Assembly (NCBI GenBank): GCA_018303685.1
Contig: JAGVXS010000001.1
Coordinates: forward strand, 1-58,373
From: Candidatus Woesearchaeota archaeon
GTDB taxonomy: Archaea; Nanobdellota; Nanobdellia; Woesearchaeales; GW2011-AR4
Reading direction: 5' to 3'
Length of the DNA: 58,373 bases
Positions 1 to 8,441 of the stretch are shown here, piece after piece (the stretch's first letter is position 1; each line of letters starts with the position of its first letter). The position numbers and the translations under genes were made by a program. The notes under the pieces are model-generated. The model was given only the letters and a program-made list of their open reading frames with translations. It had not been told where the DNA came from and searched no databases.

Positions 1-63
1 GGCTCTAGCGAGCCTTTGACTAGAGATCCAAATATTATAATGTCAAAGATGTTTTCTCTTTTC

Positions 64-420
64 TCATTTCTCAAGCATTTCTTTAATTTTTCCAATGTCA
101 TCTTTAAGCAATTCAGCAGATTCCTTGTCCATTTTTTTAGTGTAGGAATCCTGATAAAATGGAAAATCTCTGTCAATGATTTTATATATTGCAGGATAGT
201 TTTCTTCTATAGTTCTAAACCTGTCAGAATGCGAAGAAGGCACCCTTCCTGATTTCTTTAATAAAAACAAGTCACACAATGTAGCTATTGCCTTGAAGAA
301 TAGGGTTGTTGCGCTGTTGTATTTTTGCTCGTTAAATGCCCTTAATCCTAGCTGAAAGTATTCCTCAAAATTGCCAATGAGTTTCTGTTGTACAAGACAA
401 CAAGATGTATGATACAACAA
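64..420 (-). CDS. HEPN-domain protein (orphan; no adjacent nucleotidyltransferase partner seen)
   Basis: 118-aa ORF with an R-x4-H motif (RVPSSH) embedded in HEPN-like sequence (FEEYFQLGLRAFNEQKYNSA..FFKAIATLCD). The ORF opens on TTG directly after an in-frame stop, so the exact start is uncertain. Confidence 0.55.
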   Translation of the reverse strand: MLYHTSCCLVQQKLIGNFEEYFQLGLRAFNEQKYNSATTLFFKAIATLCDLFLLKKSGRVPSSHSDRFRTIEENYPAIYKIIDRDFPFYQDSYTKKMDKESAELLKDDIGKIKEMLEK

Positions 421-605
421 CTAAGGTTGTTTTTAGTTTTTTGGTTGTATAATACAACAATAAAGCCTCTTGCAGATTTAGAGATCAAAAAATTTCTGGG
501 GATTGGAGAAAGTGCCGAAGAAGAATAGGATTTAATAGTTGTTAATTTCAATCTGAAAAGTGTAAACGAAAACTTTATATCCCATACCCCCACTTTCTAT
601 TAGAT

Positions 606-1190
606 ATGCCTTGCCAAATTTGTGAAGTAAAATCTGGATTCTACCCTTTATGTAAAGCTTGTTTCAAATTAAAAGATGAAGGAAAAATTACTAAATGTGG
701 AGAATGTGGCATCTGGAAAAAAGATACAAAACCACTTTGCTATGAATGTTGGCTAAAAAACAAAAAGAACGAAGAAAAAAAATCAAAAGATTATAAACCT
801 TCAAAAATTGAACAAGAAGACACTAATTTTAGAAATAAATTTCCTGCCAATATTAGGGCGTTAGATGGTCATTTAGTAAGGTCAAAATCAGAAAAGATTA
901 TAGATGATTGGCTCTACAATCATAAAATTTCGCACGCATATGAAAGAAAAGTTCCGATTGAAGAAGATGTGTATTGTGATTTCTTTTTGTCTTATGATAA
1001 AAAAGTATGGATAGAATTTTGGGGATTAGATGATGAAAAGTATCTTGAAAGAAAGGAACTTAAAAAGAAATTTTACGTTCAAAATAGCAAAATTTTGATT
1101 GAAATTTCAGAAAAAGATATAGAAATACTAGATGATATTCTTCCAAAAAAGTTAATGCCCTATTTACCTAAAGATTTTAATTTTGATTAA
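606..1190 (+). CDS. Zinc-ribbon protein with C-terminal PD-(D/E)XK (restriction-endonuclease-like) nuclease domain
   Basis: The N-terminus has CxxC..CxxC and CxxC..CxxC pairs. The C-terminal half (RSKSEKIIDDWLYNHKISHAYERKV..YCDFFL..KVWIEFWG) matches the E / D / E-x-W(K) core pattern of helicase-IV-N-terminal-like nucleases. TATA 574-580 lies about 27 nt upstream of the ATG. Confidence 0.5.
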   Translation: MPCQICEVKSGFYPLCKACFKLKDEGKITKCGECGIWKKDTKPLCYECWLKNKKNEEKKSKDYKPSKIEQEDTNFRNKFPANIRALDGHLVRSKSEKIIDDWLYNHKISHAYERKVPIEEDVYCDFFLSYDKKVWIEFWGLDDEKYLERKELKKKFYVQNSKILIEISEKDIEILDDILPKKLMPYLPKDFNFD

Positions 1191-1192
1191 AA

Positions 1193-1561
1193 ATGAAATC
1201 AACAACTGCAGCATTTAAAACTATTTCAAATGAAATTGTGATGACTAAAGGCGCAGGTAAATTCATTTTATTTGCTGCAATTCTAAACATACCATCTCCA
1301 GTAACATTTATTCCATATTTAACACAAGCATTTACAATACTTTTCTTAGCATTTTTCCTAAAATATATGGTTACTAATGAAAACAAAATAAAAGAAGCAC
1401 AAAAATCTAGTAATATTCAGTATACTATGAAACCTTGGGGAAAATGGTTGATATATGGTACAATGGCATTTCAAATAATCTGGATACCCTATGTGATGCA
1501 ATTGGTAACGTTGGTTGCTTTAGGAATAATTTATGCTAATTTTACCAAATATAATCAATAG
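1193..1561 (+). CDS. Small multi-pass membrane protein, unknown function
   Basis: 122-aa ORF starting 3 nt after the nuclease stop. It has several long hydrophobic segments (FILFAAILNIPSPVTFIPYL, FTILFLAFFL, LVTLVALGIIYA). I recognise no family. Confidence 0.4.
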   Translation: MKSTTAAFKTISNEIVMTKGAGKFILFAAILNIPSPVTFIPYLTQAFTILFLAFFLKYMVTNENKIKEAQKSSNIQYTMKPWGKWLIYGTMAFQIIWIPYVMQLVTLVALGIIYANFTKYNQ

Positions 1562-1715
1562 CTGTTTGCCATTTCTTCTTTTATTTAATTGTGTTTCATG
1601 ATTTATAGTATTCATCATTTTCTTAACTCTGCGAATGCAGGTTTTCGAAAATTTGCAACCAAAACTGATTTAACTCAAACAAACCTTTTTATACAGTTTT
1701 CTTTATCTTTGCATT

Positions 1716-2849
1716 ATGCAGCAGTACAACGTCAAAGACGCCAAATCGCATGTGTCGGCTCATGAAAGGAAAGTAAAGGAATTAGAGGAAGAGCTGTCAA
1801 CTACAAAGTACAACAAGAAGACACAGGGGCATATTGGCTTAGTGAAGGCAAAGTTAGCCAAGATGAAGGAGGAGTACCAAAGAAAGGCTGCTGCAAAAAG
1901 CGGAGGAACTGGATTTTCTGTCAAGAGAAGCGGGGATGCGACTGCAATAATGGTCGGGTTTCCAAGCGTAGGCAAATCAACATTGCTGAATGTAATAACA
2001 AACGCAAACTCTCCAGTCGGAGCTTATGCTTTCACGACATTAACCTGCATTCCGGGGCTGATGGAATACAACCATTCAAAAATACAGGTTTTAGACGTTC
2101 CGGGCATTGTTGAAGGCGCTGCAACAGGCAGGGGAAGGGGAAGAGAAGTTTTGGCGTGCGCGCAGAGCGCAGACTTTGTTATAATCCTTATTGATATTTT
2201 CAATCCGGAGCATCTGGAAGTTGTCAAGAATGAAATCTACGAAACCGGCTTGAGAATGAACCAGAAACCTCCTCAGGTAAAAATTTCAAAAAAAATGAGA
2301 GGCGGCATTGACATTGGGCTTACAGTGAAACTGACAAAAATCAGCCAGGAAACCATCAAAACAATTCTGAAGGAGTTCAGGCTGGAGAATTCAAGCATTG
2401 TCATAAGGGAGGACATTACAGACGACCAGCTGATTGATGTAATTGAAGGCAATAAAAAATATGTTCCTGCCATAACAGTCCTGAACAAGATAGACATGGT
2501 TGATGAAGAAGAGCTGGAAAGAGTAAAGACAATTGTAAAGCCCGACATCTGCATTTCCGCAGAGCTGAAAACAGGCACAGGGGAATTAAAGGACTTGATT
2601 TTCAAAAAGCTTGAATTCATAAGGGTTTACTGCAAGGAAGCAGGCAAGAAAGCTGACATGGGGGTGCCTTTAATCATGAGGAAAGGCAACACTCTGAAAG
2701 ATGTCTGTACTAAGCTCCACAAGGATTTTGTAAGCAAGTTCAGGTTTGCGAGGGTTTGGGGAAAAGGCGTGAAATTCCCGGGACAGGTTATCAGAAAGCT
2801 TGAGCATGTTGTGCAGGACAATGACATCGTGGAGATACATGTCAGTTAA
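1716..2849 (+). CDS. DRG/Obg-family GTP-binding protein with C-terminal TGS domain
   Basis: N-terminal TQKNK-like helix (TKYNKKTQGHIGLVKAKLAKMKEE), G1 GFPSVGKSTLLN, G3 DVPG, G4 NKID, and a C-terminal TGS-like end (FRFARVWG..GQ..L.D.DIVEI). TATA at 1687-1693. Confidence 0.88.
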   Translation: MQQYNVKDAKSHVSAHERKVKELEEELSTTKYNKKTQGHIGLVKAKLAKMKEEYQRKAAAKSGGTGFSVKRSGDATAIMVGFPSVGKSTLLNVITNANSPVGAYAFTTLTCIPGLMEYNHSKIQVLDVPGIVEGAATGRGRGREVLACAQSADFVIILIDIFNPEHLEVVKNEIYETGLRMNQKPPQVKISKKMRGGIDIGLTVKLTKISQETIKTILKEFRLENSSIVIREDITDDQLIDVIEGNKKYVPAITVLNKIDMVDEEELERVKTIVKPDICISAELKTGTGELKDLIFKKLEFIRVYCKEAGKKADMGVPLIMRKGNTLKDVCTKLHKDFVSKFRFARVWGKGVKFPGQVIRKLEHVVQDNDIVEIHVS

Positions 2850-2863
2850 TTTATTTGCAATAT

Positions 2864-2897
2864 TTACATAATAAGCTTTTTTACATAATAAGCTTTA
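2864..2897. repeat. Tandem direct repeat, 2 x 17 bp (ttacataataagctttt / ttacataataagcttta)
   Basis: Read directly: 16/17 identical units at 2864-2880 and 2881-2897, starting 15 nt after the DRG stop. The junction forms a T6 run (2877-2882). Confidence 0.9.
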
Positions 2898-2916
2898 TAT
2901 GATTTTTCCCGCAACC

Positions 2917-2924
2917 TTTAAATA
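2917..2924 (+). promoter_or_regulatory. Candidate TATA box (tttaaata) for the aro-phe operon leader
   Basis: An 8-nt TATA-like box centred about 27 nt upstream of position 2947, just before the uORF ATG at 2953. Eleven other genes in this window show the same spacing. Confidence 0.45.
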
Positions 2925-2952
2925 CCCCTCCATCTTACCCAACTGCTTGAAA

Positions 2953-3051
2953 ATGATAAGAAAAGCTGAAAATTTGATGGCGAGGATTGGATTTGCTTTC
3001 TACAGGCTTTTTTCCAGCTTCAGGTATTTCTTTTTTTATTTTAAGCACTGA
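2953..3051 (+). other. Candidate leader uORF, 32 codons, Phe/Tyr-rich (MIRKAENLMARIGFAFYRLFSSFRYFFFYFKH)
   Basis: Translated by hand. It has 8 Phe and 3 Tyr, and 7 of the last 10 residues are aromatic. It overlaps two oligo-T tracts (3008-3013, 3027-3042) and ends 70 nt before aroF. It could be a chance ORF in T-rich DNA. Confidence 0.3.
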
Positions 3052-3121
3052 TTGGCTTCTTTATCAACAGAACGCTAATCCCATTGTCTAAACATGATAA
3101 AAAACTAAACAAGGTGAGAAA

Positions 3122-4135
3122 ATGATTGTAGTGATGAAAAAGAATGCAACCGAAAACCAGGTGCAAAGAGTGGTTGAGAAGATACAGGAAAGCGGCTTGA
3201 AAGCGCACCTGTCAAAAGGCGAGATTGTAAAGATAATAGGAATAATAGGCGATGAAAGGAAAGTCCCGGAGTCGCAGATAAGGGCAATAGAAGGCGTGGA
3301 AAAGATTATGCCAGTGCTTGCCCCCTATAAGCTTGCCAGCAGGGACTTCAAGCCCGATAACACAGTAATAAGCGTTGACGGGGTCAAAATCGGCGGCAAT
3401 GAGGTTGTTGTGATGGCAGGCCCCTGCTCTGTTGAAAGCAGGGAGCAGATTATTGAGACGGCAAAGGCCATAAAAAAATCAGGAGCAAAAATATTGAGAG
3501 GCGGTGCATTCAAGCCAAGAACATCGCCTTATTCTTTCCAGGGCTTAGGGGAAGAAGGGTTAAAATTGCTGAGGCATGCAAAGGAGGAAACAGGCATGCC
3601 GATAATAACAGAGGTAATGGACACAAGAAACGTGCCTTTAGTATGCAAGTACGCTGACATTCTGCAGCTTGGCGCAAGAAACATGCAGAATTATGACTTA
3701 TTGAAGGAAGTAGGCAGATGCAGACATCCTGTTCTATTAAAAAGGGGCCTTTCAGCAACAATAACTGAATGGCTTATGAGCGCAGAATACATAATGGCAG
3801 AAGGCAACCATAACGTAATTTTGTGCGAAAGGGGCATAAGGACTTTTGAAACATACACAAGAAACACTTTGGACCTGAATGCCGTGCCTGCTGTAAAGGA
3901 GCTGACCCATTTGCCGGTTATAGTCGACCCAAGCCATGGGACTGGAAAGTATACTTTGGTCAGCCCGATGGCTAAAGCTGCAGTTGCCGCAGGAGCAGAC
4001 GGGTTATTAATTGAAGTCCATACAAATCCAGAAAAGTCTGTAAGCGATGCCGACCAGACCATAAGCACAAAAAGGTTTGAAAAGCTGATGGGGGAGCTGA
4101 AGCTTATAGCAAGCGCAATAGGAAGAAAGGTGTAA
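3122..4135 (+). CDS. aroF: 3-deoxy-7-phosphoheptulonate (DAHP) synthase, class I-beta, with N-terminal ferredoxin-like regulatory domain
   Basis: The KDO8P/DAHP-synthase I-beta core ([30 protein letters not shown]) is preceded by an approximately 70-aa ACT/FL-like domain ([21 protein letters not shown]). The SD-like GGTGA lies 6 nt upstream. Confidence 0.9.
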   Translation: MIVVMKKNATENQVQRVVEKIQESGLKAHLSKGEIVKIIGIIGDERKVPESQIRAIEGVEKIMPVLAPYKLASRDFKPDNTVISVDGVKIGGNEVVVMAGPCSVESREQIIETAKAIKKSGAKILRGGAFKPRTSPYSFQGLGEEGLKLLRHAKEETGMPIITEVMDTRNVPLVCKYADILQLGARNMQNYDLLKEVGRCRHPVLLKRGLSATITEWLMSAEYIMAEGNHNVILCERGIRTFETYTRNTLDLNAVPAVKELTHLPVIVDPSHGTGKYTLVSPMAKAAVAAGADGLLIEVHTNPEKSVSDADQTISTKRFEKLMGELKLIASAIGRKV

Positions 4136-4136
4136 A

Positions 4137-5225
4137 ATGGAAGTTGTAAAAGTTGATTTGAGGGAGGAGATAGATAACTCTTATGATATCGTCATCGGCA
4201 GGGGATTATTGGACAATCTTGCCATGGAATTGAGAAAAATTCCCGCAAATGAGTTTGTGATAATAACAGACTCCAATATTGCTGGAACCTATGGCAAAAG
4301 ACTGCTTAACGATTTGAAGAATAAAAATATTGACGTCCATTTAATAACATTTTCCGCAGGAGAGAAAAGCAAGACAAGAAAAACAAAAGAAAAGTTAGAA
4401 AATGAAATGCTCAGGCTTAATCTTGGCAGGGATGCCTGCATCATTGCTCTTGGAGGCGGTGTTGCAGGGGATATTGCCGGGTTTGCAGCAGCGACTTACA
4501 TGAGGGGAATTCCGTACATCCATGTGCCGACAACCTTGCTTGCAATGGTTGACAGCTCTATAGGGGGAAAAGTTGCCGTTGATACTGGGCATGCGAAAAA
4601 TGCAGTAGGCGCTTTCTACCAGCCAAAAAAAGTTGTCATTGACTTAAATTTCCTTAAAACACTGCCAAAAAAAGAATTAGTGAATGGGTTGGCAGAGCTG
4701 ATAAAGCATGCTTTGATAAAAGACAAGGATTTTTTCCATTTTATAGAAAAAAACATCGACAGGATTTTGGCCTGTGATGTGGACATTTTGAAAACTGCGA
4801 TAAAAAGAAGCTGTGAAATTAAAGCGGATATTGTGATGCAGGATGAAAAGGAGAAAGGCCTTAGAAGAATCCTCAACTACGGGCATACAATAGGGCACGC
4901 TATTGAATCCGCATTGAGCTACAGGATAAGCCACGGCAATGCAATCGCCATTGGAATGAGCTATGCTGCAAAGCTTTCCGCCAAGCTTGGGCATCTGCAT
5001 GAAGGCTCTGTTATAAGGCAGAATAATCTGCTGGAATACATTGGACTGCCGCATAAGTTAAGCCATCACAAACTAAAGCCCAGAAGGATACTAGAGCATG
5101 TACAATACGATAAAAAAATAATGAACGGCAGAATAAATTTTGTGTTGCTGAATTCCATAGGCGATGCATTTGTTTCTGATGAGGTTAATATAGAAGACAT
5201 TAAAAATATTCTTGAAGAAGGATAA
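4137..5225 (+). CDS. aroB: 3-dehydroquinate synthase
   Basis: Carries GGGV.GD..GF.A, the LPTTLLAMVDSSIGGK-type motif and HG.A...G metal ligands. It begins 1 nt after the aroF stop. Confidence 0.92.
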   Translation: MEVVKVDLREEIDNSYDIVIGRGLLDNLAMELRKIPANEFVIITDSNIAGTYGKRLLNDLKNKNIDVHLITFSAGEKSKTRKTKEKLENEMLRLNLGRDACIIALGGGVAGDIAGFAAATYMRGIPYIHVPTTLLAMVDSSIGGKVAVDTGHAKNAVGAFYQPKKVVIDLNFLKTLPKKELVNGLAELIKHALIKDKDFFHFIEKNIDRILACDVDILKTAIKRSCEIKADIVMQDEKEKGLRRILNYGHTIGHAIESALSYRISHGNAIAIGMSYAAKLSAKLGHLHEGSVIRQNNLLEYIGLPHKLSHHKLKPRRILEHVQYDKKIMNGRINFVLLNSIGDAFVSDEVNIEDIKNILEEG

Positions 5226-5226
5226 A

Positions 5227-6690
5227 ATGCTGGCAGCTGTAATAACAGAACTCAAAGACATTCCAAAAGCAAAAGGTGCTGATTTGATAGAGTTAAGGCT
5301 GGATTATATAAAAAGCTTAAATAATACAAAGTTAAAAAGCTTAATAGAAAATTGCAAGAAACCTGTAATTGCAACGAATAGGAAAAAAGACGAAGGCGGC
5401 TTCTTTAATGGAAGCGAAGCAAAAAGAATTGAAATATTAAAAAATGCGATTAAATTTGGTGCAGACTATGCTGATATTGAATATTCTTCAGGTAAAAAAT
5501 CGATAAGAGATTTAATTTATAATAAAAGGAAAACAAAAATAATTGTTTCTTACCATAATTTTAAAGAAACCCCGGCAAATATCAAAAATATTTGCGACAA
5601 TATCAAGAAATTAAATCCTGGCTTGATTAAAATAGTCACTAATGCGCACTCTGTCACTGATAACTTCAAGATATTTGACTTAATCAGGAAAGCGAATAAA
5701 GAAAAAAAGAAAATAACTGCATTCTGCATGGGAGACTATGGAAAATTCAGCAGAATCTTAAGCATAATTCTTGGCTCGCAGGTAACTTATGCATCAGTCA
5801 GCGAAAGAAAAGAATCCGCAAGCGGGCAATTAACAATAAACGAGATGGTTGAGCATTATAGAATTAAAAAAATAAATAAAAACACAAAAATTGTCGGCTT
5901 GATAGGAAATCCTGTTGAGCATTCCTGGTCGCATATAATGCATAATGCCGCTTTTGATAAATTAAACATTAATGCTGTTTATTTGAAATTTCAAGTAGAT
6001 AAGCTGAAAGAATTTATTGAATATATGGAAAATTTGGATATAATTGGCTTTAGCGTCACAATCCCGCATAAAGTTGAGGTTATGAAATATCTTGATGGAA
6101 TAGACAAGCAAGCAAAAGGAATTAGTGCAGTTAATACTATTGTTGTGAAAAATGGTAAATTAATTGGTTACAATACAGATTGCCCAGGAGCTATAAAATC
6201 ATTGAAGCGAAGAACAGAATTAAAAAACAAAAATGCTGCTGTCTTAGGTGCAGGCGGAGCAGCAAGGGCAATAATTTATGGCCTAATAGAGAATAAATCA
6301 AATGTTACGATATTGAACAGGACTGTTGAAAAAGCAAAATTATTAGCTGATTATTTCAAATGTGATTATGGTTCTTTAGATGATATTAAAAAAATTGATT
6401 ACGATATTCTAATTAATACAACTTCTGCCGGAATGCACCCCCACATAGGCAGCTCTCCTGTTACGCCTGACTGCATTAAAAACGGCGCTGTTGTTTTTGA
6501 CATGGTTTTTAATCCTTTCAGGACAAAATTGCTTGTTGAAGCTGAAAAGAGGAATTGCAAAATAATTGCCGGATTTGAGATGCTGATTCATGGGGCTCTG
6601 CTGCAATTCAAGCTATGGACTGGAAAAGAAGCTCCAGAGCAATTAATGCGGCAAAAAGTTATGGAGTTTTTGAAAAATGCTAGCCATTAA
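5227..6690 (+). CDS. aroDE: Fused type I 3-dehydroquinate dehydratase / shikimate 5-dehydrogenase
   Basis: The N-terminal half has type I DHQase motifs (ELRLDY, SYHNFKETP, CMGDYGKFSR). The C-terminal half is AroE-like (SWSHIMHNAAF, GFSVTIPHK, NTD, GAGGAARA). I prefer ATG 5227 over the track's TTG at 5212. Confidence 0.9.
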   Translation: MLAAVITELKDIPKAKGADLIELRLDYIKSLNNTKLKSLIENCKKPVIATNRKKDEGGFFNGSEAKRIEILKNAIKFGADYADIEYSSGKKSIRDLIYNKRKTKIIVSYHNFKETPANIKNICDNIKKLNPGLIKIVTNAHSVTDNFKIFDLIRKANKEKKKITAFCMGDYGKFSRILSIILGSQVTYASVSERKESASGQLTINEMVEHYRIKKINKNTKIVGLIGNPVEHSWSHIMHNAAFDKLNINAVYLKFQVDKLKEFIEYMENLDIIGFSVTIPHKVEVMKYLDGIDKQAKGISAVNTIVVKNGKLIGYNTDCPGAIKSLKRRTELKNKNAAVLGAGGAARAIIYGLIENKSNVTILNRTVEKAKLLADYFKCDYGSLDDIKKIDYDILINTTSAGMHPHIGSSPVTPDCIKNGAVVFDMVFNPFRTKLLVEAEKRNCKIIAGFEMLIHGALLQFKLWTGKEAPEQLMRQKVMEFLKNASH

Positions 6691-7933
6691 AACCAAAAAA
6701 TATGTCAAAGCTGTGATTGAGGCGCCGCCATCAAAAAGCTATACTCAGAGGGCTTTGGTAATTGCGGCTCTTGCCAACGGCAAATCAATTATAAAAAACC
6801 CGTTATTCAGCGACGACACCAGCCATATGATTTCCGCATTGAAAGCGTTTGGAGCCAGGACAGAGAGAAAAGGCAATAACCTTGTTGTTTATGGAACAAA
6901 CGGAAAGCTTAAACAGCCAAAAGGCAGGATTTTTTCAGGAAATGCGGGCACAACAATGCGGTTCATAACAGCTTTTGCCTCCCTTGCGGATGGGACTTCT
7001 GTAATAACAGGAGACAAGCGGATGCAGCAAAGGCCAATCAATGACCTGCTTGATGCGCTGCGGCAATTAGGAGTGAAAAGCGAAAGCAGCAGCGGATGCC
7101 CGCCTGTAAAGATTTACGGAGGGAATTTTATCGGGGGAACCGCAAGGTTAAAAGGCAGCATAAGCAGCCAGTATTTATCATCCATTCTTATGGTTGCACC
7201 ATACGCCGAAAAGGATGTAACAATAAGCATTACAGGGAATCTGGCATCAAAGCCGTATGTTGACATAACTGTAGATGTGATGAAGAATTTTGGAGTTGAT
7301 ATAAAAAATGTAAATTATAAAAAATTTATAATAAAAAACACCAAAAAATACAAATCTGGAAATTATGTGGTTGAAGGAGACGCCTCGAGCGCGAGCTACT
7401 TCTTTGCAGCAGCTGCCGTGACAAAAGGAAAAATAATGGTAAAGAATATAAACCCTAAATCAAAACAAGGAGATATAAAGTTTGTTGACATACTAAAAAG
7501 AATGGGGTGTGGCGTAAGGAAGGGAAACAGCTTTATTGAGGTGCAGGGTGGCAGCCTCAAGGGCATTCATGTTGACATGAATGAAATGCCTGATATCGTG
7601 CCGACTCTTGCTGTGACGAGCCTTTTTGCAGATTCAGCAACCACAATAAGAAATGTGCCCAACCTGAGGCTGAAGGAGACTGACAGGCTGAGGGCCCTGG
7701 CATTTGAGCTTAGAAAGATAGGCGCAAATGTGGAAGAAATGCAGGACGGCTTGAATATAAAAAGAAGAAGGCTGCAAAAAGCGATAATTGAAACTTATAA
7801 TGACCACAGGATGGCAATGAGCTTTGCCGTAGCGGGTTTGGTTATCAATGGGGTGAGGATAAAAAATCCAGGCTGCGTTGCAAAATCATTTCCTGATTTT
7901 TGGAAAAAATTCAACGAGATGTATAAAAAATGA
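6677..7933 (+). CDS. aroA: 3-phosphoshikimate 1-carboxyvinyltransferase (EPSP synthase)
   Basis: PPSKSYTQRAL, GNAGTTMRF, LKETDRL and DHRMAMSFAVAG motifs. Overlaps the aroDE end by 14 nt. Confidence 0.93.
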   Translation: MLAIKTKKYVKAVIEAPPSKSYTQRALVIAALANGKSIIKNPLFSDDTSHMISALKAFGARTERKGNNLVVYGTNGKLKQPKGRIFSGNAGTTMRFITAFASLADGTSVITGDKRMQQRPINDLLDALRQLGVKSESSSGCPPVKIYGGNFIGGTARLKGSISSQYLSSILMVAPYAEKDVTISITGNLASKPYVDITVDVMKNFGVDIKNVNYKKFIIKNTKKYKSGNYVVEGDASSASYFFAAAAVTKGKIMVKNINPKSKQGDIKFVDILKRMGCGVRKGNSFIEVQGGSLKGIHVDMNEMPDIVPTLAVTSLFADSATTIRNVPNLRLKETDRLRALAFELRKIGANVEEMQDGLNIKRRRLQKAIIETYNDHRMAMSFAVAGLVINGVRIKNPGCVAKSFPDFWKKFNEMYKK

Positions 7934-8439
7934 ATATAGCGCTTATAGGCTTCAGGGGAACGGGCAAAACAACCTTATGCAGGCTGCTTGCCAACAAGCT
8001 TGACAGGAAACTCATATCAACAGACGTGGAAATAGAGAAGAGAACAAAAATGAGCATAGCCAAGTTTGTAAAAAAATACGGCTGGGAGAGGTTCAGGGAA
8101 ATTGAGGCTGATGTTATAGAAAGTATCAGCGACTTTGATGACTGCGTGTTTGACACAGGCGGAGGCATTATAATGAGGAATGAGAACATTATCAACCTGA
8201 AAAAAAATACCCTGATTGTGCTGCTGACTGCTGATATAAAGACTATAACCAACCGACTCAAAAACAATAAAAGGCCTGCGTTGACAAAAAGCAATTACCT
8301 TGACGAGATAAAAGATGTATTGAAGGAGCGCGAAGAAAGGTACAGAACAGCAGCGGATTATGCCATTGACACGTCAAGACTGGCTCCTGAAGAGGCATGT
8401 GATTTGATAATGCACTATGTGCAGATGGAGATGCAATAA
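7930..8439 (+). CDS. aroK: Shikimate kinase, P-loop AroK/AroL (bacterial) type
   Basis: Walker A GFRGTGKTT followed by STD..IE......I..F...GE..FR..E, 169 aa. ATGA overlap with the aroA stop. Confidence 0.85.
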   Translation: MNIALIGFRGTGKTTLCRLLANKLDRKLISTDVEIEKRTKMSIAKFVKKYGWERFREIEADVIESISDFDDCVFDTGGGIIMRNENIINLKKNTLIVLLTADIKTITNRLKNNKRPALTKSNYLDEIKDVLKEREERYRTAADYAIDTSRLAPEEACDLIMHYVQMEMQ

Positions 8440-8441
8440 AA

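Noticed and set aside
16-593. ORFs 16..252 (+) and 348..593 (-)
   Set aside because: The first is antisense to the HEPN gene and is F/S-rich. The second spans the HEPN start and the divergent promoter spacer and has no recognisable features. Neither fits the TATA spacing rule.
584-593. 10-mer atacccccac shared with the flank of the ORB-like box at 45841-45850
   Set aside because: No TTCC...GGAA dyad follows it (tttctattagat). A single 10-mer recurrence in 58 kb is near chance expectation. It also sits inside the promoter-to-ATG interval of the nuclease gene.
2864-2897. Possible CRISPR-like array
   Set aside because: There are only two directly abutting 17-bp units with no spacers, and no cas genes anywhere in the window.
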